The notes: a model not told the origin generated them from the sequence alone. 64,000 nucleotides of DNA from Candidatus Pacearchaeota archaeon (GCA_017609175.1 JAFCEJ010000003.1:13374-77373); one strand, 5' to 3'; counted from the stretch's first letter, positions 1-10,179 are shown. Translations and numbers: made by a program.

Positions 1-1122
1 ACATTAAAAAATAATTTAAGATATATTGAAAAAGTAAAATCTCAAATCAATAATTTTTCTGATTTTTATAGAGAGAGTTTAAACTCGGTCATTAATTTAG
101 ATGATTTAGAAAAAAAATTAAAAGATATTGAAAAAAATTATTCTAGTGCTGCGGGTGCTGAGGAATATATGGAGATTATGGATGAATTGCTCGGATTGAA
201 AATCCCAAAATCTGTTATTGTTCATAGTGCAATTGATTCTACAACATTTTATCCAGACGAATCTAACATAGACTTGGAAATCCTAAAAGAAATCGGTGGG
301 GGAGATTATAACGAAGAAAGGGAAAGTAAGTATATTAAAGCGGTTAATAATTGGTTCATTGAAAATTTAGATTTAAAAATTTCTTATGATGAAATAATTG
401 TAAGATATGAAAAAAATGAACCTGTTTTAAAGATATTTGAATTAGAGATAAATGAAAAAGAGGATTTAAATGAATATTATATTGTTTTAAAAGAACTTGA
501 TAATCTAAAATTTAAAAAAGACTATTCTGAAAAATCAGAATCTGGTTATATTTATATTCCGGGTGACGAAGGAAAAATTGTTTTTTCAACCACAGAAGAT
601 ATCGAAGTAATTAATCTTCCTGTTTTTATTTCTCCGCCACTAACAAAATTAAAAATTCCAAAAGCTCCTAAATGTAATCTTGATGGAATATGTGACAAGG
701 AGAAAGGTGAAAGTTGGAAGAATTGTAAAGACTGCAGTTATTCAAAAATAATCGCAGTGGTAATGATTTCATTGCTCTTAATTGGAATTTTAATATATAT
801 TGCAATGCAGGAATGGTATAAGAAAAAATATGAAAATTATTTGTTCAAAAATAGAAATTCGTTATATAATCTTGTGCAATATATCCACCATGCAAAAACA
901 AATGGAATAGAAGAAAAAAAGATTAAATCAAATTTAAAAAAAGCTGGTTGGAGTGGTGAGCAGATTAGGTATGCCTTAAGAAAATATGAGGGAAAAAGAA
1001 CAGGAATGATTGAAATCCCGAATCTATTTTCAAGATTAAAAAAACCCAAAGAAAAATCTCCTGAAAAAAAGAATATGATAAGAATCCCAAAATCAAGGGA
1101 GGGTGTTAGAAGATTAGAATAA
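1..1122 (+). CDS. membrane-anchored surface protein, 5'-truncated by window edge (track ORF 169..1122 is its C-terminal part)
   Basis: Frame 1 is open from nt 1. Cys motif CNLDGICDKEKGESWKNCKDCS is followed by one TM helix (IIAVVMISLLLIGILIYIAM) and a basic tail containing AGWSGEQIRYALRKY. Confidence 0.5.
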   Translation, partial: TLKNNLRYIEKVKSQINNFSDFYRESLNSVINLDDLEKKLKDIEKNYSSAAGAEEYMEIMDELLGLKIPKSVIVHSAIDSTTFYPDESNIDLEILKEIGGGDYNEERESKYIKAVNNWFIENLDLKISYDEIIVRYEKNEPVLKIFELEINEKEDLNEYYIVLKELDNLKFKKDYSEKSESGYIYIPGDEGKIVFSTTEDIEVINLPVFISPPLTKLKIPKAPKCNLDGICDKEKGESWKNCKDCSYSKIIAVVMISLLLIGILIYIAMQEWYKKKYENYLFKNRNSLYNLVQYIHHAKTNGIEEKKIKSNLKKAGWSGEQIRYALRKYEGKRTGMIEIPNLFSRLKKPKEKSPEKKNMIRIPKSREGVRRLE

Positions 1123-1189
1123 ATATATACATCTTTATAACATAACACATCACAGAAAGTTTAATAAATGATTTTGATGATTTTGTAAT

Positions 1190-1834
1190 ATGGTGAAAAT
1201 TTTTAAGAATTTTTTTAAGAGAATTTTCTCAAACATGTTTAAAGGTAAAAAAGATATTAAACTAGGTTTTTATGGACCACCAAACGCAGGAAAGACGAGT
1301 TTGGCAAATAGAATCTGTAAGGATTTTACAGGAGAAGAAATAGGTAAAATAAGCAAAATCCCCCATGAAACAAGAAATGTTCAATTTAAGGAAAAAGTAG
1401 AAATAGAGTATAAAGGGAAAAAGATGACTTTTAAAATTGTTGATACTCCAGGAATTGCGACAAAAATAGATTATGAAGATTTTCTAAAATACAAACTGAA
1501 AAAGAAAGAGGCAAAAAAAAGAGCAAAAGAAGCGACGCAAGGAATTGTTGAATCAATAAAATGGCTTGATGATATGGATGTGGTTGTTGTTATCTTAGAT
1601 GCTACTGAAAACCCGTATAACCAAGTTAATATTACAATTATTGGAAATTTAGTTGCAAGAAAAATTCCTGTACTAATTGCTGCAAATAAAATTGATTTAA
1701 AAAAAGCTGATGTGAAAAAAATTGAGGCTGCGTTTCCAGAATATGATGTGGTAGGCATAAGTGCAAAAAAAGGGAAAAATTTAGAGGAATTCTATGAATC
1801 AATCTTCAGATTAAGCAAAAAAGTAAAAAGATAA
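1190..1834 (+). CDS. small GTP-binding protein (archaeal HSR1/Era-like)
   Basis: G1 GPPNAGKTS, G3 DTPG, G4 NKID. First gene of the conserved archaeal GTPase/DUF2073/Zn-ribbon trio. Confidence 0.8.
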   Translation: MVKIFKNFFKRIFSNMFKGKKDIKLGFYGPPNAGKTSLANRICKDFTGEEIGKISKIPHETRNVQFKEKVEIEYKGKKMTFKIVDTPGIATKIDYEDFLKYKLKKKEAKKRAKEATQGIVESIKWLDDMDVVVVILDATENPYNQVNITIIGNLVARKIPVLIAANKIDLKKADVKKIEAAFPEYDVVGISAKKGKNLEEFYESIFRLSKKVKR

Positions 1835-1874
1835 AAGCTTTTTAAATTAAAAAATATTAATACAATCATAAAAG

Positions 1875-2285
1875 ATGGTGAGGAAAAAAAAGAAAACTTT
1901 GGGAAAGATTAAAGGGTTTTCAATCCAGTTTTTGCCTTATTCTGAAATAAGGAATCTGGATAGCAATGAAAGAATTAAAAAAATTTTAGGAATTATTTTA
2001 GGAAATAATATTCTAATTTTACAAGGAAAATTAAAGCCAGAAGAAGAAACGCGATTGATTGGAGATACTATGGCGATGATTGGGCACGTTAAAAATTTTA
2101 AAGGGATTGAGTTGGCAGTAATATTAGGAAATGGAGGAAACGGCCTTTATAGTAAATTTAAATACGGGCTTGCAAATGTTTTAACCGGTGGAGACATTAA
2201 TGCAATAACAATAATAGGGCCTGCAACAGTTGTAAAAGAAATGAAAAAGAATCCTAAGAAAATTGAATTGTTATTGAATAAATAA
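1875..2285 (+). CDS. DUF2073-like conserved archaeal protein
   Basis: IQFLPYSEI...ILILQGKLKPEEETRLIGDTM resembles the DUF2073 family from memory. Position after the GTPase fits. Confidence 0.55.
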   Translation: MVRKKKKTLGKIKGFSIQFLPYSEIRNLDSNERIKKILGIILGNNILILQGKLKPEEETRLIGDTMAMIGHVKNFKGIELAVILGNGGNGLYSKFKYGLANVLTGGDINAITIIGPATVVKEMKKNPKKIELLLNK

Positions 2286-2287
2286 AA

Positions 2288-2470
2288 CTATTTTAATTTC
2301 TTAAGTTCCTCTTCAAGTATTTCCTTAAATCCCTGAGATTCTTCACTTTTCTTTTCTAATTTTCCTGTTCTGGTTTTATTCTTTTCAGGAAGAGTTTGAT
2401 AGTCTCTCCTATGAGAATAAATAGAATATATTTTCTGTATCCTTTCTAATAAATAATGGATTATTTTCAT
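2288..2470 (-). CDS. small hypothetical protein (60 aa)
   Basis: ORF only. Charged C-terminus, convergent with flanking genes. Confidence 0.2.
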   Translation of the reverse strand: MKIIHYLLERIQKIYSIYSHRRDYQTLPEKNKTRTGKLEKKSEESQGFKEILEEELKKLK

Positions 2471-2553
2471 TTAGCTTCAATATCGTTTATTACCTTTAAA
2501 TAATTATTTGAAAGAACCAATAATTTTATTAACTTTCTTTTTTTTTATGTAAC

Positions 2554-2967
2554 ATGCCACATCAATGTGTTCATTGTAAAAGAATTATTCCTGCTGGAAG
2601 CAGAGAATTATTAGAGGGATGCAATAAATGTGGCGGACACTTTTTTTTCTATATTAAAGAAGAACAATTGGAAAAAATAAAAGAAAAACCAATTGAAATC
2701 CCTTCTGAACAGAAAAAACAAATTGAACAGGATGTTCGGGAAATGGCGGGGATTAAAGAAGAAGATGCTCCTGTTATTTTGGATTTAGAATCTGTTAGAG
2801 CAGTTGGCCCTGGAAAATTTGAAATTGATATTGTAAATTTGTTTAATAAAAAAAGGCCTTTAATATATAAACTTGAAGAGGGGAAATATATAATTGATTT
2901 GGCTTCTACCTTAGAAAGAGATGTGAAAGAATTGAAAGAAGAAAGTGAGAGGAAGGAAAAAGATTGA
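2554..2967 (+). CDS. Zn-ribbon protein (DUF2072-like)
   Basis: N-terminal CVHC...CNKCGG ribbon followed by FFFYIKEE. Trio context. Confidence 0.6.
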   Translation: MPHQCVHCKRIIPAGSRELLEGCNKCGGHFFFYIKEEQLEKIKEKPIEIPSEQKKQIEQDVREMAGIKEEDAPVILDLESVRAVGPGKFEIDIVNLFNKKRPLIYKLEEGKYIIDLASTLERDVKELKEESERKEKD

Positions 2968-3032
2968 ACTTAACTGTTTTAAAAAAAGACATACATCACT
3001 AATTTTATAAAGATCTCCAGATAAGAAATATT

Positions 3033-4334
3033 ATGGCAAACAAAATGAATTCTGTCTTGGCAGAAGTTTTAGAGAAAATCAGGCCTGAAAAAGAAGAATT
3101 AGAAAGTGCTGAAAAAATTTTGAAAAAATTTATAGATCAATTTAATTCTCAAGCCAAAAAACTAAAAATAAATGCAGAAAGTTTTGTTGGTGGAAGTTTT
3201 GCGAAAAAAACAGTGATAAAAAAAGATTATTATGATATTGATATTTTTGTAAAATTTGAAAAATATTATAATGAAGAAAAAATATCTGAATTTACAAAAA
3301 AGATTTTGAAAAAATTTGTTAAAGATTTCAAAACAGTTCATGGTTCGCGAGATTATTTTCAAATTCAGACAGGACCAAAGTTCTTTATTGAAGTAATTCC
3401 TGTAATAAAAATTAACAAACCAAAAGAAGCACAGAATATAACTGATTTATCCTATTCGCATGTAAAGTATATCAATAAAAAAGCAAAAGGAAAGATTATT
3501 GACGAGATTTTGTTGGCAAAAGCATTTTGTTATGCTAACAGATGTTATGGTGCAGAGTCATATATCAATGGGTTCTCTGGATATAGTTTGGAATTATTAA
3601 TTTGTTATTACAAAAGCTTTTTGAAGTTTATTAAAGCAATTGCGAGGAGCAAAAAAGGAGAGAAAATAATAATAGACATTGAAAAACACTATAAAAATAA
3701 AAATGAAATTTTAATGGATGTAAATAGCTCTAAACTTCAGTCTCCCATTATTTTAATTGATCCCACATACAAACAGAGAAACGCTGCAGCAGCATTATCT
3801 GAAGAAACTTTTGAAAGATTTAAGAACGCCTGTAAAAAATTTTTGAAAAATCCAAATAAAAAAGCATTTGAAATCCAAAAAACAGATTTGAAAAAAATAA
3901 AAAAAGATGCGAAGAAAAATAAGAATGAATTTATTTTATTGGAGGCAACAACAGGAAAGCAGGAAGGGGACATTGCGGGCAGTAAGTTGTTAAAATTTTA
4001 TAGTCATTTGACAGAAGAAATAAACAAATTTTTTATTGTCAAAAAGAGAGGATTTAATTATAATGGGAAAAAATCTGCAAGATGTTTTTTTGTGGTTAAA
4101 AGTAAAAAAGAAATTATTTTGTCAGGACCTTTTAGTGGACAAAAAGAAAATGTAAAAAAGTTTAAAAAAACGCATAAAAAAACTTTTGTAAAAAACAAAA
4201 AAATTTATGCTCGTGAAAAAATTAATTTTAATTTAAAAGAATTTATTGAAATATGGAAAAAGAAAAATTCTAAAAAAATGAAAGAAATGAGCATAAAAAA
4301 ATTAGAAATTGTTAATCTTATTGAAAATATTTAA
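3033..4334 (+). CDS. cca: CCA-adding tRNA nucleotidyltransferase (archaeal class I)
   Basis: Nucleotidyltransferase motif GGSFAKKT...DIDIFV. About 430 aa, the size of archaeal CCA enzymes. Confidence 0.65.
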   Translation: MANKMNSVLAEVLEKIRPEKEELESAEKILKKFIDQFNSQAKKLKINAESFVGGSFAKKTVIKKDYYDIDIFVKFEKYYNEEKISEFTKKILKKFVKDFKTVHGSRDYFQIQTGPKFFIEVIPVIKINKPKEAQNITDLSYSHVKYINKKAKGKIIDEILLAKAFCYANRCYGAESYINGFSGYSLELLICYYKSFLKFIKAIARSKKGEKIIIDIEKHYKNKNEILMDVNSSKLQSPIILIDPTYKQRNAAAALSEETFERFKNACKKFLKNPNKKAFEIQKTDLKKIKKDAKKNKNEFILLEATTGKQEGDIAGSKLLKFYSHLTEEINKFFIVKKRGFNYNGKKSARCFFVVKSKKEIILSGPFSGQKENVKKFKKTHKKTFVKNKKIYAREKINFNLKEFIEIWKKKNSKKMKEMSIKKLEIVNLIENI

Positions 4335-4537
4335 TCATTCATTCTTTTCCATGGGGTTTTTGTCATTTCACCCTTACGAGAACCACCATAAAAACAATAT
4401 AATTTTTCAGGGATTACCAATCCTTCAACCTCTCTTTGATAAATCTCACAATTACTTTCAGTTAAATCCATTAAAAATTCCCAGCCTTTTCCAAATTTAG
4501 CTTCAATTATTTTTTGATTTGTTTTTTGATTTATCAT
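4331..4537 (-). CDS. hypothetical protein (68 aa)
   Basis: ATG at 4537 overlaps the upstream stop (ATGA). The track start at 4567 is probably too long. Confidence 0.35.
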   Translation of the reverse strand: MINQKTNQKIIEAKFGKGWEFLMDLTESNCEIYQREVEGLVIPEKLYCFYGGSRKGEMTKTPWKRMND

Positions 4538-4842
4538 TTTTGTTTTTTTGGGGAATAATTCCAGCACTGGCCAAGAATATCAGTATAATGAAGCTTACAA
4601 TCACTGAAATCGCTTGAACGTCTTAAATTTAAGAAGTTTAAAAGATTCAAAAAAGTTTTGTTTTTAGCAGGGCTATAATTAGCACAAGTAGGACAATATT
4701 TTTCCTGGAATTCTTTTTGTAATTCTGCTATCCCATCAAGGACGTCTGAAAACTTATTCGTCAATTCTTCTGCAGAAACTCCCCTTTCACTCATCTCTAA
4801 TGCCCTTATTTTTCTCTTATCTAGTTTTGGAAGATTATCCAT
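4534..4842 (-). CDS. hypothetical protein with CPTC motif
   Basis: ORF coupled to the downstream gene. No recognised family. Confidence 0.4.
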   Translation of the reverse strand: MDNLPKLDKRKIRALEMSERGVSAEELTNKFSDVLDGIAELQKEFQEKYCPTCANYSPAKNKTFLNLLNFLNLRRSSDFSDCKLHYTDILGQCWNYSPKKQK

Positions 4843-4868
4843 TTTATTTTATGTATTTTTTATTTAAA

Positions 4869-5648
4869 TTATTCAGCTTTCATAGCTTTTTCAAAAAGAT
4901 TTGAAAAAGATTCTGCAAAAAATGGCGAATTAAGCCAAATTGCAATTTCTTCTTCATCAGTATTCTTTGAAACATAGAACAAAATTTCTTTTTTATCTAC
5001 AATAAAAAATTTTGCTTCAACATTTATTTTTTTGAATTTTACACCTAATTTTTTGCTTAAGTCATTGATTAAATTTTCATTTCCAGATAATGCTCCTTTA
5101 ATCTTTATTTTTGATTGCTTTAATCTTGTAAAAGTTTGGAGAAACAATCTTAATTTTGAACTTATGTCTTTCGCATCAGTACAGATTATAACTTCTTTTT
5201 CTGCATTTTGGAGTATTTCTCTTATTTGATTTGAAATATTTGATTTTCCTTTTAATGATGCAGAAATATTTTCTCTTTTTGCAGGAACTATTCCACCTTT
5301 ATATAATTCTTCCAGTTTTGCAAACTCATTGGTTTGCCTTATTTTTGAAAGACCCTCAATTTTTTCACTTGCGCTTTTCATAACATTTTTCTTTAATTTT
5401 TCGATTATCATTCTTGGCTTTACTCCAATATATTTTACAGGCTTTCCGATTTTGATTATTGCAAATCCTTTTTTCTCTAAACTCTCAAGCACATCATAGG
5501 TTCTTGAACGAGGCACACCAGACAAGGTTGCAACTTCTCCTGCAGAAGCAATTCCTTTAGAAAGCAAAGCTAACCAAACTTTAGTTTCATAAATATTAAG
5601 ACCAAAATAATCTTTCACTTTTGTTATAAGCTCTTGTTTGATTAACAT
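4869..5648 (-). CDS. TrmB-family transcriptional regulator
   Basis: N-terminal wHTH: YETKVWLALLSKGIASAGEVATLSGVPRSRTYDVLESLEKKGF. Confidence 0.8.
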   Translation of the reverse strand: MLIKQELITKVKDYFGLNIYETKVWLALLSKGIASAGEVATLSGVPRSRTYDVLESLEKKGFAIIKIGKPVKYIGVKPRMIIEKLKKNVMKSASEKIEGLSKIRQTNEFAKLEELYKGGIVPAKRENISASLKGKSNISNQIREILQNAEKEVIICTDAKDISSKLRLFLQTFTRLKQSKIKIKGALSGNENLINDLSKKLGVKFKKINVEAKFFIVDKKEILFYVSKNTDEEEIAIWLNSPFFAESFSNLFEKAMKAE

Positions 5649-5654
5649 TTTTAT

Positions 5655-6017
5655 TTATCCAAAAAGATATCCTTTAGAATTCCAATGAGAAGTTAATTGG
5701 TTAGGTTTATTGTGTTCTTCTGTTTTATTTAGTCTAAATAAATTATTATTAATCGTTCTAGCAAAAGATACTAAATCCACAAAAGAGATATTTTCTCTTT
5801 TTTCTAAATCAGAAATAGATTTTTCTATTAAACTAAAATATTTTGAGGGAATTGGTTTATTTTGGTGATTATATGATTTAAGTATGGTTAAATATCTTTC
5901 TAACTCTTCTTCTGCTGAAAGTTCTCTCCAAGGATTAAGATTTCCTATCAGAGGTTTCACTAAACCTAATTCTGTTTCTAATTGGTTCATTGATTTTATA
6001 GATTCCATGAGGTTCAA
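5655..6017 (-). CDS. hypothetical protein
   Basis: ORF only. Confidence 0.35.
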   Translation of the reverse strand: MNLMESIKSMNQLETELGLVKPLIGNLNPWRELSAEEELERYLTILKSYNHQNKPIPSKYFSLIEKSISDLEKRENISFVDLVSFARTINNNLFRLNKTEEHNKPNQLTSHWNSKGYLFG

Positions 6018-6083
6018 TACAGATTTTGATTTATAAACTTTTCTATTTGTTACTTTTGTAAAGTGGGAACATAATGAAAAGAT

Positions 6084-6992
6084 TTACAATAAGAAATAAC
6101 TCAAAATCATTCCTGCGAAAATTCCTGCTGTAATAAATGGCATTGCAGGATAAAATTTCTTTTTTTCAGAACGTATAAGCAAGTATGTAAGTCCTAATGT
6201 TGCCCCAATAACCACAAATAATGCAGGATAGAATCCAAATAGTTTTAACATAACACCAGAAGTAATAATTGGAAAAATAACATCCCCGCCACCGAGAATT
6301 GCAACATTAATTCTTATTCTTTTCTTTTTTAATTCTGATTCAGTTAATGTCGCTTTCATTTGTTTTATCTTTGCTTTCATTTTCTTTGAGGCATATGGAA
6401 CAAAAAATCCTGAGAAAACATTTAATTTTTTAATCTGATATTTTGCCATATTCTGCATAAATCCAGAATGCCAAACAGCCCAGATATCATAAAGAGAAAT
6501 CATAATTAAAAGTGCAATGATTGTCCACAGATTTAAAAGCGGGACGAAAACTGCGGCGATTCCAGGATAAATTAAAAGTTCTGTAAAATTATGGACAAGA
6601 AAATTTTGTTTGTAAATTTTTATATAAGCGAGAGGTAATGCTATAACAAATGCTATCAATGAAGCATATTGGAATTTTGTCAATACAACATTAAAAGAAA
6701 GCCCTAATGCAATTGCAACAACTATAAAAAACCAGAGTTTCAAAATAAATTCAATATTAAATTTAGATAAAAGAAACATTATGAAAATTGCTATAATAAA
6801 TGCCATTACTATAAATGGGAAAAGTGCGAAATATTCTTGGTCTGTTTCAATCTCGGGAGTTTGCATGCCATAGGGGAGTTCATGTTCATCAACAAGATAA
6901 TGGTTCACAACATAAAGTCCGATAAACTGCGTTATGACAAACATTGCTAGAATAATTATTGTTATTTTTGGATTATGCTTAATTTTAATCAC
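6084..6992 (-). CDS. presenilin/signal-peptide-peptidase-like intramembrane aspartyl protease (A22 family)
   Basis: Polytopic membrane protein with YD (SLYDIWAVW), GxGD (LGGGDVIFP) and PAL (YPALF) motifs in the expected order. Confidence 0.75.
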   Translation of the reverse strand: MIKIKHNPKITIIILAMFVITQFIGLYVVNHYLVDEHELPYGMQTPEIETDQEYFALFPFIVMAFIIAIFIMFLLSKFNIEFILKLWFFIVVAIALGLSFNVVLTKFQYASLIAFVIALPLAYIKIYKQNFLVHNFTELLIYPGIAAVFVPLLNLWTIIALLIMISLYDIWAVWHSGFMQNMAKYQIKKLNVFSGFFVPYASKKMKAKIKQMKATLTESELKKKRIRINVAILGGGDVIFPIITSGVMLKLFGFYPALFVVIGATLGLTYLLIRSEKKKFYPAMPFITAGIFAGMILSYFLL

Positions 6993-7046
6993 CCCACATT
7001 AAATAGAAAAAATGGTTTATAAAAGTTAGTCAAAAATTTATAAAAA

Positions 7047-8933
7047 TTATTTTAACCTTAATGTTTCTAGAGACCTTGGAACATTTGTTTCAACCCTTTG
7101 TGTTTTGTAAAGTGTCGACGCTAAATCAAGTGACTTTGAAACTTCACCATGATTAATGATAATTCTTTTTGGTTTTGGTTTGATTCTGCCAAAAAAATTC
7201 ATTAGCTCACCCCTGCCAGAATGTGCTGTCAATCCAGGTATTGTATAAACCTGTAAATTAATTTTAATTGTTTCTTCTTTTCCATCAACAATCATTTTTG
7301 TTTCTTTTAATCCTTCCTGCACTTGTCGTCCTAATGAACCAACACCCTGATAACAAACAAAAATTATTGAATTATTTGGATTTGATGCGAATTCTCTAAA
7401 ATATTCCACTGATGCTCCTCCAACAAGCATACCTGAAGTTGCCAGAACAACGCAGGGACCTCCTTCAATAACTTCTTTTCTCTCAGCAGGAGAACCAACT
7501 CTTGAAAATATCTCTGAAACAAAAGGATTTTTATCCTGAAAGATTTGGTTTCTTACATTTGCGCTTAAAAAATCAGGATAAGCTGTATGAATCGCGTTAA
7601 TATCCCAAATCATACCATCGATATAAATTGGAACTTTTTTCATTTTTCCTGTTCGCATTGCTTCTTCTAAAATTAACATTGTTTCCTGTGCCCTGCCCAA
7701 CCCCAATTCAGGGATTAAAACTTTTCCTTTTTTCTCAATTGTTTTATTCACTAATTCAATTAGTTTTTCTTCTGATTCTCGCCTTGGCGGAAGGACATCC
7801 TGTTTTGCACCATAAGTTGATTCAGTGATTACTGTTTCAAGCCGTGGAAAATTTATAACTGCTGCATCCAATAATCTAGATTTTCCATATTTAAAGTCTC
7901 CAGTATATAACAAATTATGAAGCCCGTTTCCTATGTTTAAATGAACCATTGCAGAACCGAGTGTGTGTCCTGAATTATAGAACGTTATTCTTATATCTGG
8001 TGTAATATCTGTAACTTCATTATAATCTAAGCAAATAGAATGTTTTACCATTTCTTTTATATCTGATGAGCTAAAAAGTGGCTGGGCTGCTTGCTTATAT
8101 GCGACACCGATAAAATCTAATGCTAATAATGCTGCGATATCCCTTGTTGGAGTTGTCATATAGACAGGACCCTTGTAACCCATTTTATATAAGTATGGCA
8201 ATAATCCTACATGGTCAAGGTGTGCGTGGCTGATTATAACTGCATCTATTTTACCTATATCAAATTCAGGAATATCAAATGAGGGGAATTTATCAGAATT
8301 ATTATGAGCAGCAACATCTATTCCACAATCCAATAAAATTTTTGAGATTGGTGTTTGGAGCAATATACAGCTTCTTCCGACTTGTCTTGCTCCACCTAAG
8401 AAAGTTAATCTTATCCATTCATTTACTTTTTCAGGATTCCAGCCAGAGTAAATTTTCTGTCCAATTTTATTTAGAAATCTTCTTCTGTAATTATTGTTTG
8501 CATAAAGAACTTCCCGAATGTTTTCTGTAATTTGTGATTTTATTGCAGGACTTCGTTGAATTTGAGGCATCCATAGTGTTTCTCTTCTTATTTGCTCCAT
8601 TAAAGAACCCTGTTTCCCAATAACTAAGCCAGGTTTTTTTGCTTCAATTATTACAATACTTCTATGAGTATCAAAAATTATGTTTGTTATTTCTGCTTCT
8701 TCTGGAACAATTTCTCTTATTTGTTTTTCAACCTTTTCCTTATCCGGAAGAATCTTTTGGTCTGCTCTTAATTCAATTCTCTTTTTTATTTTGTTAACTA
8801 TTTCTCTTATTTTTCCATTATCATCCTTGAAGAATTTTTCATTATCTGTATAGAGAACTATGTTTGCACCTTCAAAACCTGCTTCAGTAATCTGACCCCT
8901 AAGATCATCTAGAATTGTTTTTAGAATATCCAT
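7047..8933 (-). CDS. archaeal CPSF1 beta-CASP ribonuclease with N-terminal KH domains
   Basis: 628 aa. HAHLDHVG metallo-beta-lactamase motif, KH-like N-terminus (VIGKQG). Confidence 0.9.
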   Translation of the reverse strand: MDILKTILDDLRGQITEAGFEGANIVLYTDNEKFFKDDNGKIREIVNKIKKRIELRADQKILPDKEKVEKQIREIVPEEAEITNIIFDTHRSIVIIEAKKPGLVIGKQGSLMEQIRRETLWMPQIQRSPAIKSQITENIREVLYANNNYRRRFLNKIGQKIYSGWNPEKVNEWIRLTFLGGARQVGRSCILLQTPISKILLDCGIDVAAHNNSDKFPSFDIPEFDIGKIDAVIISHAHLDHVGLLPYLYKMGYKGPVYMTTPTRDIAALLALDFIGVAYKQAAQPLFSSSDIKEMVKHSICLDYNEVTDITPDIRITFYNSGHTLGSAMVHLNIGNGLHNLLYTGDFKYGKSRLLDAAVINFPRLETVITESTYGAKQDVLPPRRESEEKLIELVNKTIEKKGKVLIPELGLGRAQETMLILEEAMRTGKMKKVPIYIDGMIWDINAIHTAYPDFLSANVRNQIFQDKNPFVSEIFSRVGSPAERKEVIEGGPCVVLATSGMLVGGASVEYFREFASNPNNSIIFVCYQGVGSLGRQVQEGLKETKMIVDGKEETIKINLQVYTIPGLTAHSGRGELMNFFGRIKPKPKRIIINHGEVSKSLDLASTLYKTQRVETNVPRSLETLRLK

Positions 8934-8950
8934 TGTATCTGGTTCTATTT

Positions 8951-9589
8951 TTAAATTTCTTGTTCAAATTCCTTTTTTATTCCTTCTTTTGTAATTGAGA
9001 ATACATCTATCCCATAACCAGAACCGATATCCCGTTGCGTTGAAGATTTTAAAGCTTCGATTGCAAGTTCAACTCCTTGTTTAACGGTCATGTCTGGTTT
9101 ATATTGTCTTTCTAAAAGCCCTAGAACAAAAGGCATACCAGAACCAAAATTTGCATCATAATCTTCTACTTCTGTAATACTTCCTGCCGGTTCAATTGAA
9201 TATAATTTTACAGACCCGTCCTCATCTATTCCCCCTACTAAAGAACCAACAATGCTTGGAATTGGTGACATCTGCCGTATCTGAGAATAAGTTATTGTTG
9301 CTATTAAATTTGCAGATTGTTTTACTGTTGGTCTTGACTTTGAACGAAGCTCTTTTAATCTTAATTCTGCTGCGATTAATTTTTTTAGTCTCTGTATATC
9401 TGCAACTCCACCTGTTCCTGCAAAAAGCAAATAATCATTTATTTTTGCTACTTTTTTGGATTTTTTGCTCATAACAATGTTACCTGCTGTGCTTTGCCTA
9501 TCCGCAGCTATGACAATTCCGTCCTTGCAAACAATTCCAATTATACTTGTCCCTGATTTAAGGATTGAATTTTTTAGTTCTTGTTCCAT
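8951..9589 (-). CDS. psmB: proteasome beta subunit
   Basis: Propeptide followed by GTSIIGIVCKDGIVIAADRQ. Ntn-hydrolase layout. Confidence 0.9.
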   Translation of the reverse strand: MEQELKNSILKSGTSIIGIVCKDGIVIAADRQSTAGNIVMSKKSKKVAKINDYLLFAGTGGVADIQRLKKLIAAELRLKELRSKSRPTVKQSANLIATITYSQIRQMSPIPSIVGSLVGGIDEDGSVKLYSIEPAGSITEVEDYDANFGSGMPFVLGLLERQYKPDMTVKQGVELAIEALKSSTQRDIGSGYGIDVFSITKEGIKKEFEQEI

Positions 9590-9784
9590 TTTATTAATAA
9601 TAGAATAAAGCGTTAATTTTTCAGAATTTTTATAAGATTAGAGGGATGAGGTATTTTATAAAGGTTTTGGTTTTTGAACTTATGAAAAATACAAACCCTT
9701 AAATACCCTTTTCTTCTGGTTTAATCATGTTAGATAAATTTAGAAGGAGTAAGGTTTCTATTAATTAATATTCAGGAGGATAAA

Positions 9785-10087
9785 ATGGAAGTTAGTGAAT
9801 CTAAGATATATGTTGGGAATTTATCATTTAGTGTGAGTCAAGACCAGCTTAGAGAACTTTTTTCTGAGTTTGGAGAGATAACCGAAGTGACACTAATTAC
9901 TGATAAATTTTCTGGCAGGTCTAAGGGATTTGGTTTTATCGTTTTTGCAAAGAAAGAAGACGCAGAAAAAGCAATTGCAAAAATGAATGAAAAAGAAATT
10001 GAAGGAAGAGAACTTAAAGTGTCTAAAGCAAAACCAGTAGATCCAGACAGACCAAGAGGAAGAGATTTTAATAGAAGAAGATTTTGA
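9785..10087 (+). CDS. RNA-recognition-motif (RRM) RNA-binding protein
   Basis: RNP2 IYVGNL and RNP1 KGFGFIVF. SD caggagg lies 7 nt upstream. R-rich tail. Confidence 0.85.
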   Translation: MEVSESKIYVGNLSFSVSQDQLRELFSEFGEITEVTLITDKFSGRSKGFGFIVFAKKEDAEKAIAKMNEKEIEGRELKVSKAKPVDPDRPRGRDFNRRRF

Positions 10088-10179
10088 AATAGAAATAAAT
10101 TTTTATTTATTGTATTTTTTAGCTAGAAGTTAAAATTTATATTCGTAAAATTTATAATAAGTATTGGTGATTATTTCAT

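Noticed and set aside
837-1758. Antisense ORFs 837..1148(-) and 1471..1758(-). The same kind occurs at 3162, 3737, 5032, 7628, 8279, 9196, 11188, 13955, 15313, 16297, 23879, 25220, 25880, 27947, 42127, 44889, 50525, 54266, 55384, 55708, 57846, 58888, 59566 and 61021.
   Set aside because: They are shadows of AAA/GAA-rich coding genes on the opposite strand. Their products are F/L/S/I-rich low-complexity sequences with no motif, and each fully overlaps a well-supported gene.
4309-4500. 63-aa + strand ORF overlapping the end of cca
   Set aside because: It is antisense to the more protein-like 4331..4537 gene and has no start context.
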